A stretch of DNA of 64,000 nt from Parcubacteria group bacterium GW2011_GWC2_48_17. Its GTDB lineage: Bacteria; Patescibacteriota; Minisyncoccia; Phycocordibacterales; UBA10002. The translations under genes and the position numbers were made by a program. Positions 55,990-64,000 of the stretch are shown here, piece after piece. Location of the stretch: assembly GCA_001003605.1 (NCBI GenBank), contig LCPL01000003.1:1811-65810 (forward strand), read 5' to 3'. Below the pieces are notes generated by a model. It saw only the letters and a program-made list of their open reading frames with translations, was not told the origin of the DNA and did not search any database. Position 1 is the stretch's first letter, and every line of letters starts with the position of its first letter.

Positions 55990-56373
55990 ATGCAATCTCT
56001 CAAAAAAGCGGAGTGGGTGCTTCGCATTGCGGTAGCAGGTGAGTTTATTGGTCATGGCGTCTTCGCCATGCAGGGGAAGAAAGACTGGATAGGATGGTTC
56101 GCGAATTTCGGCATCACCGACGCCTCTCTCGCGACGCAGCTTTTATTCCTCGTCGGTCTAATGGACATTTTGTTCGCGCTCATTATTCTGTTCCGCCCCG
56201 TTCGGATAGTGCTTCTCTGGATGGTATTTTGGGGTTTTTGGACCGCACTCATCCGTCCGCTCGTCGGGATGCCTGTCTGGGATTTTGTTGAGCGATGGGC
56301 GAATTGGGGGGCTCCGCTCGCTCTGCTCCTGCTTGTAGGCTGGCCAAAAACGATTCGTGAATGGTTTCGGTGA
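55990..56373 (+). CDS. Small hypothetical membrane protein
   Basis: Four predicted TM helices. Start at MQSLKKAEW. Confidence 0.4.
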   Translation: MQSLKKAEWVLRIAVAGEFIGHGVFAMQGKKDWIGWFANFGITDASLATQLLFLVGLMDILFALIILFRPVRIVLLWMVFWGFWTALIRPLVGMPVWDFVERWANWGAPLALLLLVGWPKTIREWFR

Positions 56374-56409
56374 TGCGGTGAAAAAAGTGTCGGTTAGTAG
56401 CTAATCCAT

Positions 56410-57177
56410 ATGAGTATGTTTGAACTTACGGGGAAAGTAGCGCTCGTCACGGGGGCGCGGCGCGGAATGGGAAAAGCCCACGCACTCGCACTCGCAAGGC
56501 AGGGCGCAAAGGTGGCGGTGACGGACGTGGACAAAAAGGAGTGTGAAGCGGTAGTCGAAGAAATCAAAAAAAGCGGCGGGGAAGCTGTGGCGCTTCGCTT
56601 GGATGTTTCGGAAGGGCGGGAGGTAGACAGTGTTTTCAGCGAGACAATCAAGACATTCGGCAGATTGGATATTTTGGTCAATAACGCCGGCATTTATTTC
56701 TCAAAACCCGCGCTTGAGCTCTCGGAGGAAGACTTTGAGAGAATGCTTTCCGTCAATCTCAAGGGACAATTTTTGTGCGCTCAACGGGCCGCGCGGGAAA
56801 TGGCGAAAAACAAATGGGGACGAATTATCAACATTGCCTCCGTCGCTTCCGGCCAGACGGGTGTCGGCATAGCCGGTGGCGCGCATTACACGGCATCAAA
56901 AGGCGGTGTTATCGGCATGAGCGAGACGCTTGCGATTGAGTGGGCGCCGCTTGGGATTACGGTAAATGTGGTTGGACCGGGCGCCATTGATACGCCGATG
57001 GTTGGAGCCGCACAAATTCCCAAGGCAGCTTTTGACGCCATGATTGCGCGCATTCCGCTCAAGAGAATGGGCAGGCCGGAAGAAATTTCCGCGGCCGTCG
57101 TGTTTCTTGCCTCCGAGGAAGCAAGTTATGTTACCGGCGCGACGTTATTTGTTGACGGTGGCTGGCTCGCGGCGTAA
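56410..57177 (+). CDS. SDR-family oxidoreductase (FabG-like)
   Basis: TGARRGMG cofactor motif, NNAG, and the YxxxK catalytic pair (YTASK). Confidence 0.85.
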   Translation: MSMFELTGKVALVTGARRGMGKAHALALARQGAKVAVTDVDKKECEAVVEEIKKSGGEAVALRLDVSEGREVDSVFSETIKTFGRLDILVNNAGIYFSKPALELSEEDFERMLSVNLKGQFLCAQRAAREMAKNKWGRIINIASVASGQTGVGIAGGAHYTASKGGVIGMSETLAIEWAPLGITVNVVGPGAIDTPMVGAAQIPKAAFDAMIARIPLKRMGRPEEISAAVVFLASEEASYVTGATLFVDGGWLAA

Positions 57178-57190
57178 CATCTCGTATTTT

Positions 57191-58087
57191 ATGACACATA
57201 TTGCAATCATCGGCGCCGGAGCCATTGGGCAGGCGCTCGCGCATATTCTGAAGCCAAAAGAACAGGTGGCGATTTTTATGTATGATAAAGACCCTGCGAA
57301 AATTACGCGCTCCGCGCTTTTACTTCCCGAAGCGGTTGCGTCGGCGGACGTCGTGTTTTTGTGCGTACCTTCTTGGGCAATGCGCGAGGCGGTTTTCGAG
57401 ATGAAGCTGCATCTCAAACGAGACGCAATTCTCGTGTCACTCGCGAAAGGAATTGAAGGAGTAAGCAAAAAAACCATGGACGCGCTTCTTAAGGAACTTT
57501 GTCCCACGCACAAAATGGCTATTCTTGGGGGACCGATGCTTGCCGCGGAATTCATGGCCGATCTTCCCGGCGTAGGGTGTTTGGCAACAGAGCAAAGCGG
57601 AGTAGAAAAACTGGTGAAAGAATTGTTCGCGGACACTCTCTTGTCGCTTAAATCAAGCACGGACGTGCGCGGCGTCGCGCTTTCCGGCGTACTCAAAAAT
57701 ATCTACGCGCTCGGACTTGGCATCGCGCAAGGACTTTCGTGGGGGAACAACCAAAAAGGCTGGTATGTTACCAACGCGCTTTCTGAAATGGCCGATATCG
57801 TCGAACTCTTCGGCGGAAAACGCGAAACCGCATACGGACTCTCCGGCGTAGGAGATTTGGTGGCAACTGGATTCAGTCCATACTCGCGGAACAATCATTT
57901 CGGAGAGAAACTTGTCATGACCGGCGTGTGCAATATCAAAAGCGAGGGGAACGCGTCGCTTCCCGCGCTTTCCAGACTTTTGAAGAAACCGCGAGCCGTG
58001 TTTCCGCTTCTTGAAACACTGGAAGATGTTATCTTACGAGGCGCTAATGCAAAAGAACGATTTCCACAATGCATGGCTCGCGCTTGA
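57191..58087 (+). CDS. gpsA: Glycerol-3-phosphate dehydrogenase [NAD(P)+]
   Basis: IAIIGAGAIGQA Rossmann motif and GpsA-like length and motifs. Start at MTHIAI. Confidence 0.75.
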   Translation: MTHIAIIGAGAIGQALAHILKPKEQVAIFMYDKDPAKITRSALLLPEAVASADVVFLCVPSWAMREAVFEMKLHLKRDAILVSLAKGIEGVSKKTMDALLKELCPTHKMAILGGPMLAAEFMADLPGVGCLATEQSGVEKLVKELFADTLLSLKSSTDVRGVALSGVLKNIYALGLGIAQGLSWGNNQKGWYVTNALSEMADIVELFGGKRETAYGLSGVGDLVATGFSPYSRNNHFGEKLVMTGVCNIKSEGNASLPALSRLLKKPRAVFPLLETLEDVILRGANAKERFPQCMARA

Positions 58088-59258
58088 TGTCGGTACGACA
58101 GGCGTAAAGGCATTTGTGTTTGATGAAAACGAACGCGTGCTTTCGCGCGCGTACAAACCGCTTGGAAAGTCGTTTCCCAAAGAGGGGTGGGTGGAGCAAG
58201 AACCGAGAGAAATATGCGAAGCGACTCTCACGGCCGCGAAACAAGCCGTAGCAACCGCGATACCTGCGAGCAAAATGGGCGAGAAGGCAATTCTCGCCAT
58301 TGGAATTGCAAACCAGCGCGAGACTACCATTTTGTGGGACAAGAAAACGGGCGACCCAATCTATCCGGCAATTGTCTGGGAGGATGCGAGGACGAAGGAA
58401 GCATGCGGAGCGCGGAGTGCGGCACATGGCTCCTTGGTTCATGAAAAGACAGGTCTTCCTGTTGACTCGTATTTCTCCGCCTCAAAGATACAGTGGATTC
58501 TTGACCATGTTTCCGACGCTCGCGCGCGAGCGGAGAGAGGAGAACTCTGCTTCGGCACGGTTGATTCGTGGCTTTTGTGGAATCTTGCGGAGGGGCATCC
58601 GCACGTTACCGACTATACGAACGCCTCGCGCACGCTTCTTTTCAATATCAATACGAAGGAGTGGGATGATGAATTACTCTCCTTGTTTGAAGTCCCCCGC
58701 GTCATGCTTCCGGAAGTAAAGCCGTCCGCTTCCAATTTTGGAAATCTTTCACCGAAACTCTTCGGAACAGGTATTCCGATTCGCGCGATAGCAGGCGACC
58801 AACAGGCGAGTCTTTTTGCGGCGGGAGTTGAGGTTGGTACGACAAAAATTACTTTCGGCACGGGTATTTTTATCATGCAGATAATTAAAGACCGATTCCA
58901 ACCGCGTCCTCCATCTACGTTCCTCACAACGCTTGTGGCGGGGAAAAGTGGACGGTCGCTCTTCGCGCTTGAAGCAAAGATAGAATCATGCGCCGCGCGC
59001 GTCACTCCGCTCATTGGCCATGAATCGGAGATGAAAGAGCTTTTAGACAAGTTTGCGGCACGGGTGGCGCGATTTGTCGGAGAGCTCCCGATTCGTCCGA
59101 AGGAACTTATAATCGACGGCGGGGTTACCCAAGCCCCGCATCTTCGGATAGCGTTGAAGCGCGTCACCTTGCTTCCGATTCGCGAGCACGCTATTTTTGA
59201 CGGCACCGCTCTCGGTGTGGCCCGCATTTTGAAAGACTGTTCACCGCGTTCTGGTTGA
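58047..59258 (+). CDS. FGGY-family carbohydrate kinase (glycerol kinase-like, short form)
   Basis: LALDVGTTGVKAFVFD ... GIANQRETTILWD ... AIVWEDARTKE are FGGY N-domain motifs. Confidence 0.7.
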   Translation: MQKNDFHNAWLALDVGTTGVKAFVFDENERVLSRAYKPLGKSFPKEGWVEQEPREICEATLTAAKQAVATAIPASKMGEKAILAIGIANQRETTILWDKKTGDPIYPAIVWEDARTKEACGARSAAHGSLVHEKTGLPVDSYFSASKIQWILDHVSDARARAERGELCFGTVDSWLLWNLAEGHPHVTDYTNASRTLLFNINTKEWDDELLSLFEVPRVMLPEVKPSASNFGNLSPKLFGTGIPIRAIAGDQQASLFAAGVEVGTTKITFGTGIFIMQIIKDRFQPRPPSTFLTTLVAGKSGRSLFALEAKIESCAARVTPLIGHESEMKELLDKFAARVARFVGELPIRPKELIIDGGVTQAPHLRIALKRVTLLPIREHAIFDGTALGVARILKDCSPRSG

Positions 59259-59424
59259 CCGCTTGTATCTTTCGTGCGCCGTTTTGCTGTCCACAGTTGT
59301 TTTTTAAAAAGCGCAGGAGTAAAGTAAAGTTAATTAGTTTCGATACTCCGAAACTAGACGGAATACTTCCGCCGCCCGCGGTTTTCGACACTTTCCGCGG
59401 GCGGCAGAGCTTCCGGCTTTTACA

Positions 59425-59612
59425 ATCGCAGATATTCGCGGGCATTGGGGAACGAGGTGTGAATCCTCGACAGTGCCGCTACGGTAATCCGCCTCCGGCG
59501 GAAAGTCCGAGTACCAAACCGCGAATCGTAGGTCCATCGTTCTTCGAAGCAAGGAACGGACTCCACTCGTCAGGAGACCCCCTTGCTTTGTGCAAGGGTT
59601 TTTTCGTGTTCG
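59425..59612 (+). promoter_or_regulatory. Putative cobalamin (B12) riboswitch with an intrinsic terminator as expression platform
   Basis: GGGAAcgaGGTGtgAATCC...CAGTgCCGCtaCgGTAA matches the conserved 5' core. tCAGGAGACC matches the B12 box. The terminator ccccttgc-tttgtg-caagggg+tttttt overlaps the B12 box. Confidence 0.6.
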
Positions 59613-59660
59613 CGAAAAGCGAGCGCGTGAAGGCCTCTCTCTATAGTTAAGCGCAAACAT

Positions 59661-61298
59661 ATGCTTTCTCACCTCCATAAAAGAATCACTTCTTTTGTCA
59701 TCCTTGCTCTCCTTTTTGCGGCTGTCATTATCCCGGCGTCGCGCCTTTTCGGCGAGGACAGTCCTGGAGTCGCGTATCTAAAAAGCAAACCGCTCTCTCC
59801 ATGGAGCATCATGGCGCTCGCGGCTGTAGGAGAAAACCCGAGCCTTGATTCTCTGAAAGAAACTTCGGCGGAAAAAGCAATTGAGCTTGAAGCGCCGATT
59901 CTCGCTCTTACCGCGGCCGGAAAAAACCCGCGAATCTTTGGGAGCAGTGATTTGATTTCTAAATTGAAGAGTTTTTATGACGGGACGCAACTCGGGGAAA
60001 AAGGCATTCTAAATGACGACATCTTCGGCCTACTCGCGCTCATCGCGAGCGGAGAAAAAGCGGACGATGAGATTATTACAGGCATCAAGAACTTTATTCT
60101 CTCAAAACAAAACGCGGATGGCGGGTTTTCTTTTGCGGTCGGAGGCGAGAGCGATACTAACACAACGGCGGCCGCAATAATGGCACTCCGCTCCGTTGAT
60201 GTTTCTGCAACTGAAGCGGTAATTTCCAAAGCAATTGAATATTTGAAATCGGCCCAAAATGACGACGGCGGATTTCCCTATGACCCCAAAAGCTCGTGGG
60301 GCACGGCATCGGATGCTTCTTCCGATGCGTGGGTGATTATGGCGGCGCGAATCGCCGGCGAAGAACCGACAAACTGGCAGAAAGACGACGCGAATCCCAT
60401 CACGCACCTTGAAGGGCTGAAACAAGAAGGGGGTTTTTATCTTTATCAATCTGGCGGGCAGGAAGACAGCTTTACGCCAGTTACCACCTCTTACGCTCTC
60501 ATCGCGCTTTCAGGAAAAACGCTTCCGGTACGGGTTCTCGTGCCAGAGACGCAAAGCGGAGTTTCTGTTAGCGTGCAAGTGGAAGGGAAGAGCGGGCTTC
60601 TTTGCGATACGGACGCAATCGGAAAGACGGCGCTTGACGCGCTCAAAGTAGCCGCGCAAGTTTGCGCGCTCACATATCACATTCAAACTTCCACGCTCGG
60701 CGATTATGTTGATGAAATTGCCGGCGAAAAAGCATCCGGTTCCGCCGGGTGGCTTTATGCAGTGAACGGAGCTATGCCGAGCGTTGGCGCGAGTTCGTAC
60801 CAATTGAAAGAAGGAGACGCGGTGCGCTGGTATTTCGGAAACTTTGACGGAACATCCGTGAGCGACGCGATTCGCACCGAAGTTTCACTTTCTGTAACAA
60901 TTCCCGCCCTGCCCTCGGGAGGTAATGACGCGCCCGATGGAAATGAGCCGGGCAATGGAAACACAATTTCCATGACGGTTGAGGTAGGCAGGGCGGGAGG
61001 AGCGAGCGGAGGAACCATCGGATTCGGCACTGCGGCTCGGGGGGCGGTCGCGGAGAAAACGATCTCCTTGAAAAACGGCGGAGCAGTCGCGACCGCGCTC
61101 TCTACTTCCGTTTCCGGCGACGCGCTCTTTCGGCGGTATTTGCGGCTTAGCGGCAAATCGTGGCGCGAATACCGAAGCGTGCTCGCGCCAGGCGCAAGTA
61201 CGACGACAGCACTTTCTCTTTCCATTCCAACCGATTACGAGGGGAGCGGCGTTAAAAACGGGATGCTCATTTTTTGGGCAACTCCAGTTGTGCAGTAG
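59661..61298 (+). CDS. Secreted transcobalamin-like protein (prenyltransferase-like alpha/alpha barrel repeats)
   Basis: Signal peptide, then repeated QNADGGFSF / QNDDGGFPY / KQEGGFYLY motifs of the squalene-cyclase/prenyltransferase repeat fold. Lies directly downstream of the B12 riboswitch. Confidence 0.55.
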   Translation: MLSHLHKRITSFVILALLFAAVIIPASRLFGEDSPGVAYLKSKPLSPWSIMALAAVGENPSLDSLKETSAEKAIELEAPILALTAAGKNPRIFGSSDLISKLKSFYDGTQLGEKGILNDDIFGLLALIASGEKADDEIITGIKNFILSKQNADGGFSFAVGGESDTNTTAAAIMALRSVDVSATEAVISKAIEYLKSAQNDDGGFPYDPKSSWGTASDASSDAWVIMAARIAGEEPTNWQKDDANPITHLEGLKQEGGFYLYQSGGQEDSFTPVTTSYALIALSGKTLPVRVLVPETQSGVSVSVQVEGKSGLLCDTDAIGKTALDALKVAAQVCALTYHIQTSTLGDYVDEIAGEKASGSAGWLYAVNGAMPSVGASSYQLKEGDAVRWYFGNFDGTSVSDAIRTEVSLSVTIPALPSGGNDAPDGNEPGNGNTISMTVEVGRAGGASGGTIGFGTAARGAVAEKTISLKNGGAVATALSTSVSGDALFRRYLRLSGKSWREYRSVLAPGASTTTALSLSIPTDYEGSGVKNGMLIFWATPVVQ

Positions 61299-61299
61299 C

Positions 61300-61460
61300 G
61301 CAACGGGAAAACACAAATAATTATGAAAGACACAAAACACAGACCGCACAAAAAACCAAACAAAACACAAAACCGTCCAAACTTCGCAAACGCTTCTTCG
61401 TTTGTGCTTTGAGGAACTGTGCTTTGTTTGGTTTTTTGTGGACTGTGTTTTGGAAAGTTT
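61300..61460 (+). repeat. CA-rich/GT-rich hairpin element
   Basis: gaaaacacaaata...cacaaaaaaccaaacaaaacacaaaacc ... gtttgtgctttgaggaactgtgctttgtttggttttttgtgg. Confidence 0.75.
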
Positions 61461-61464
61461 CTTT

Positions 61465-61995
61465 ATGAAAATACGAATTTTAATTTTAAATACCGCTTTG
61501 GTGGCGTTTTCCGTTCCATTTATTACGTCGGCCATTGGCATTTCCGCCACTCCCGCAACACTGTCCGTAAAGACGGTGTCTGGCAAAGAAGGCATTGCGC
61601 GCTTCGTCGTTCTTAACCCCTCCAAGGAAGTCGGACTTTTTGAGGCGTATCCGGAAGAGTTTGAAGAATCCATCACTCTCATTCCAAGTACATTTGTGCT
61701 TGAAGCAGGGAAAAGACGCGAAGTTTTGGTGCGGGCCGGGCGCCGCGAGGTTGGCATTATCCGCACCGCAATCGCGATAGAAGCACAGCGGCTCGGCATT
61801 CCTTCGCTCGGAGTCGGCGGAGGCATTCGCTTGCCGTTTTCTCTCGAGGTGAAGGCTGCTCAAGGTTCTCTTGCGGCAGTTCTCCGGAGCGGTGTCGCGC
61901 CGACGTTCATAACTCTCGTATTGACTGCGCTTGTCTTGCTTAGCGCAGTGTTGTTGTACACATTGAAGCGCGCGGCTCGAAGGGATACACTATGA
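61465..61995 (+). CDS. Hypothetical secreted protein with a C-terminal TM anchor
   Basis: Start at MKIRIL. Signal peptide, beta-rich domain, and a C-terminal hydrophobic helix followed by KRAARRD. Confidence 0.45.
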   Translation: MKIRILILNTALVAFSVPFITSAIGISATPATLSVKTVSGKEGIARFVVLNPSKEVGLFEAYPEEFEESITLIPSTFVLEAGKRREVLVRAGRREVGIIRTAIAIEAQRLGIPSLGVGGGIRLPFSLEVKAAQGSLAAVLRSGVAPTFITLVLTALVLLSAVLLYTLKRAARRDTL

Positions 61996-62091
61996 CTGCT
62001 AGTTTAGAAGTTATGCAATCAAGAAATTAATCCCCGCCTGCGCCGAGACTTCGGCAGGCAGGCTTAATCATTAACAAAGACAAATTCCACT

Positions 62092-62622
62092 GTGAAGCAG
62101 TCATGGTTAAAACTTGTAGGCGTGTTTGCGTTCAGTTTGCTATTTCGTTTACTCCCAATTCGCCCGCCGAATGTTGAGCTCATTCTTACTAGCCAAATGC
62201 CGGTCGCGAAAGCATATGGCGGTTTTGTTGGTTTTTTCTTTGGCGCCATTTCGATTCTCGCGTTTGATGTAATTACCGGCACTCTCGGGCCATGGTCTCT
62301 TATCACCGCCCCCGCGTATGGTCTTTTAGGCGTTGGAGCGGCATGGTATTTCAAGCGCCGCTCGCGGAAAAAGCACTTTGTATATTTCGCGATTGTTGGA
62401 ACGCTTTTTTATGATGCGTTAACGGGGCTTACCGTAGGACCACTCATCTTCCATCAGCCGTTTCTCGCCGCGGTTCTCGGGCAGATTCCTTTTACGCTAA
62501 TGCATCTTCTTGGGAACGTCGCCTTCGCGCTTCTTTGGAGCGCGTTCCTCCTGCGCTTTTTGCAACCACAAGAAAAGAAAACAGTCCCAGGATTTTTGAC
62601 AATGGGTTTTAGCACTAAATAA
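62092..62622 (+). CDS. Small polytopic membrane protein, possible ECF-type S component
   Basis: 176 aa with 5-6 TM helices. Located in the B12-riboswitch operon context. Confidence 0.4.
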   Translation: MKQSWLKLVGVFAFSLLFRLLPIRPPNVELILTSQMPVAKAYGGFVGFFFGAISILAFDVITGTLGPWSLITAPAYGLLGVGAAWYFKRRSRKKHFVYFAIVGTLFYDALTGLTVGPLIFHQPFLAAVLGQIPFTLMHLLGNVAFALLWSAFLLRFLQPQEKKTVPGFLTMGFSTK

Positions 62623-62627
62623 TCATC

Positions 62628-64000
62628 ATGCACGAAAGCACGCAATCGACAGTTACCGGAACTATTCACGAGGTTCGCAAACGCGACGGACGCATCGTAC
62701 CGTTCGATATGGCGCGCATCGCGGAGGCGACTTTGCGGGCGTTCAAGGCGGTCGAGGAGGGAAGCGAGGATGACGCGAAGCGAATCGCTTCACTTGTGAG
62801 CGGCGAGCTCATCCGCTTAAAAGGACTTTCTCGCGACCCAAGATTTCTTCCATCAATTGAGCTTATTCAGGATACAGTGGAGGAGGTGCTTATGCGGGAA
62901 GGTTTCGGAAGCACAGCGAAAGCTTATATTCTTTACAGACAGAAGCGCGCGGAACTTAGAGAGAATCGAGGCACTGTTTCGGCGGAAATCAGGGAGCTCG
63001 CGGAAAAAAGCAATCGGTATTTCAGGAATCCGCTCGGCGAATTCGTATACTACCGAAGTTATTCGCGCTGGATTCCAGAAAAAGGAAGACGCGAAACTTG
63101 GATTGAAACCGTAGACCGCTATATGAGCTTTATGAAAGAAACGCTCAAAGATAAACTTCCCGAGAACATCTATGCTGAACTTCGAGAGGGAATTCTAAAT
63201 CATGAGGCAATGCCCTCAATGCGTCTTTTGCAGTTCGCCGGCACTCCAGCGAAAATAACCAACGTATGCGCCTATAACTGTTCTTATATAGCGCCTGAAA
63301 CATTCCAAGACCTCGCGGAAATCATGTACATTTCCATGTGCGGAGGCGGCGCTGGTTGGTCAGTTGAGAGCCAGAATATCGGTAAGTTTCCGCAAATTGC
63401 CATGCAAACCGGCAAGAAACTGCCCACATATATCATTCCAGATAGCAAAGAAGGTTGGTGCGACGCGCTTTCCTTCGCGCTCTCTACATTCGCGTCTGGG
63501 GCGGATGTAGAGTTCGACTATAGTGCTATACGCCCCGCCGGAGCACGCCTCAAAACCATGGGCGGACGCGCGTCCGGTCCCGCGCCGCTCCAGAAACTTC
63601 TTGCCTTCTCTCGCGAGCGAATCTTGAAGCGGCAAGGAAAACGTCTCACGAATCTGGATATTCACGATATCATCTGCATGATTGGAGACTGCGTCGTCGC
63701 CGGCGGCGTGCGCCGAAGCGCGATGATTAGTCTTTCCGACCTCGATGATGAGGCGCTCCGCGACGCGAAAAAGGGAGCTTTCTATGTAACAGAACCGCAG
63801 CGCATGCTTGCGAATAATTCGGCGGTGTATCGGGAAAAGCCGGGAAGCGCGGAATTCATGCGAGAGTGGCTCGCGCTCATGGAGAGCGGGTCCGGGGAGC
63901 GTGGCATCTTTAATCGAGGAATTCTCACGAAGATTCTGCCGGAGCGTCGTTTGCAGGCTCTTCGGGAAGCAGGTGGGTATTTTGACGAATCCGGAAACAC
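62628..64000 (+). CDS. nrdJ: Adenosylcobalamin-dependent (class II) ribonucleotide reductase, 5' partial (continues past the window end)
   Basis: N-terminal ATP-cone VRKRDGRIVPFDMARI, then MCGGGAGWSV and AIRPAGARLKTMGGRASGP, typical of B12-dependent RNR. No stop before position 64000. Confidence 0.7.
   Translation, partial: MHESTQSTVTGTIHEVRKRDGRIVPFDMARIAEATLRAFKAVEEGSEDDAKRIASLVSGELIRLKGLSRDPRFLPSIELIQDTVEEVLMREGFGSTAKAYILYRQKRAELRENRGTVSAEIRELAEKSNRYFRNPLGEFVYYRSYSRWIPEKGRRETWIETVDRYMSFMKETLKDKLPENIYAELREGILNHEAMPSMRLLQFAGTPAKITNVCAYNCSYIAPETFQDLAEIMYISMCGGGAGWSVESQNIGKFPQIAMQTGKKLPTYIIPDSKEGWCDALSFALSTFASGADVEFDYSAIRPAGARLKTMGGRASGPAPLQKLLAFSRERILKRQGKRLTNLDIHDIICMIGDCVVAGGVRRSAMISLSDLDDEALRDAKKGAFYVTEPQRMLANNSAVYREKPGSAEFMREWLALMESGSGERGIFNRGILTKILPERRLQALREAGGYFDESGN

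Noticed and set aside
59290-59620. RNase P RNA or tmRNA in the ~300-nt structured region after the kinase gene
   Set aside because: GGAAAGTCCG superficially resembles the RNase P P4 strand. But the universal ACAGAAnCCGGCUUA and tRNA-like tmRNA ends (GGGG...CCACCA, T-arm GGTTCGA) are absent. The GGGAA/GGTG..AATCC/..GTAA/..CAGGAGACC pattern fits a cobalamin riboswitch instead.

Overview
This 64-kb window is gene-dense, about 50% GC, and reads like a small-genome (likely CPR/Patescibacteria) bacterium. Most genes are on the + strand and many have 4-bp ATGA start/stop overlaps; all gene calls and product names rest on reading the six-frame translations for family motifs, since no database search was possible.

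Supported coding content:
- Cell division and core metabolism: ftsE-ftsX, pyrG, class I fructose-bisphosphate aldolase, an inositol monophosphatase, a pentose-phosphate/glycolysis block (zwf-gnd-pgi), dapA, gpsA, an FGGY (glycerol-type) kinase, and an SDR oxidoreductase.
- DNA/RNA processing: a class I ribonucleotide reductase (nrdA-nrdB), the 5' part of a class II B12-type reductase at the window end, nfo (endonuclease IV), a PIF1/RecD-like helicase, and an RpoD-like sigma factor.
- Other recognisable families: aldo-keto reductase, PEBP, PAP2 phosphatase, M23 peptidase, ArsR regulator, EamA transporter, DoxX, a DUF5666-like secreted repeat protein, a GHKL (Hsp90-like) ATPase, a CxxC-x17-CxxC zinc-ribbon protein, and a ParB/Srx-like nuclease-domain protein.

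RNA genes: two tRNA-Gln(CUG) genes (8315-8388 and 12556-12628, both with U1:A72) bracket a 4.2-kb island. The island holds a decayed Type II restriction-modification cluster (SPPY methyltransferase, PD-(D/E)xK nuclease, a methyltransferase pseudogene fragment, possibly a frameshifted second nuclease), diverged inverted repeats, a 56/21-bp minisatellite, two tandem small GIY-YIG genes, and a partial duplicate of the tRNA 5' end.

The window contains many small structured repeats:
- Tandem 7-nt repeats.
- About 150-bp CA-rich/GT-rich imperfect hairpin elements in intergenic spacers.
- A hairpin family (CTTTAC-NCAA-GTAAAG) with compensatory stem changes.
- Two 84-bp perfect inverted repeats flanking a Pup-ligase-family gene, with a third partial copy.
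- A 26-bp perfect palindrome sitting in-frame inside gnd.
- Two 17-bp palindromes read as CsoR operators.

The candidates I consider most worth follow-up are:
- A putative cobalamin riboswitch ahead of a transcobalamin-like secreted protein, an ECF-S-like membrane protein and the B12-type RNR.
- A 1701-aa giant protein with a C-terminal Pol-beta-type nucleotidyltransferase motif, divergent from the sigma factor.
- The tRNA-Gln-bracketed decayed RM/GIY-YIG island.
- A copper cluster (csoR, SHOCT, YHS, DUF302, CopB-type P-type ATPase) with duplicated operators.
- A 2.6-kb insertion of charged coiled-coil proteins sitting between nfo and a degenerate copy of the nfo 3' end.

No CRISPR array, rRNA or obvious transposase was seen.
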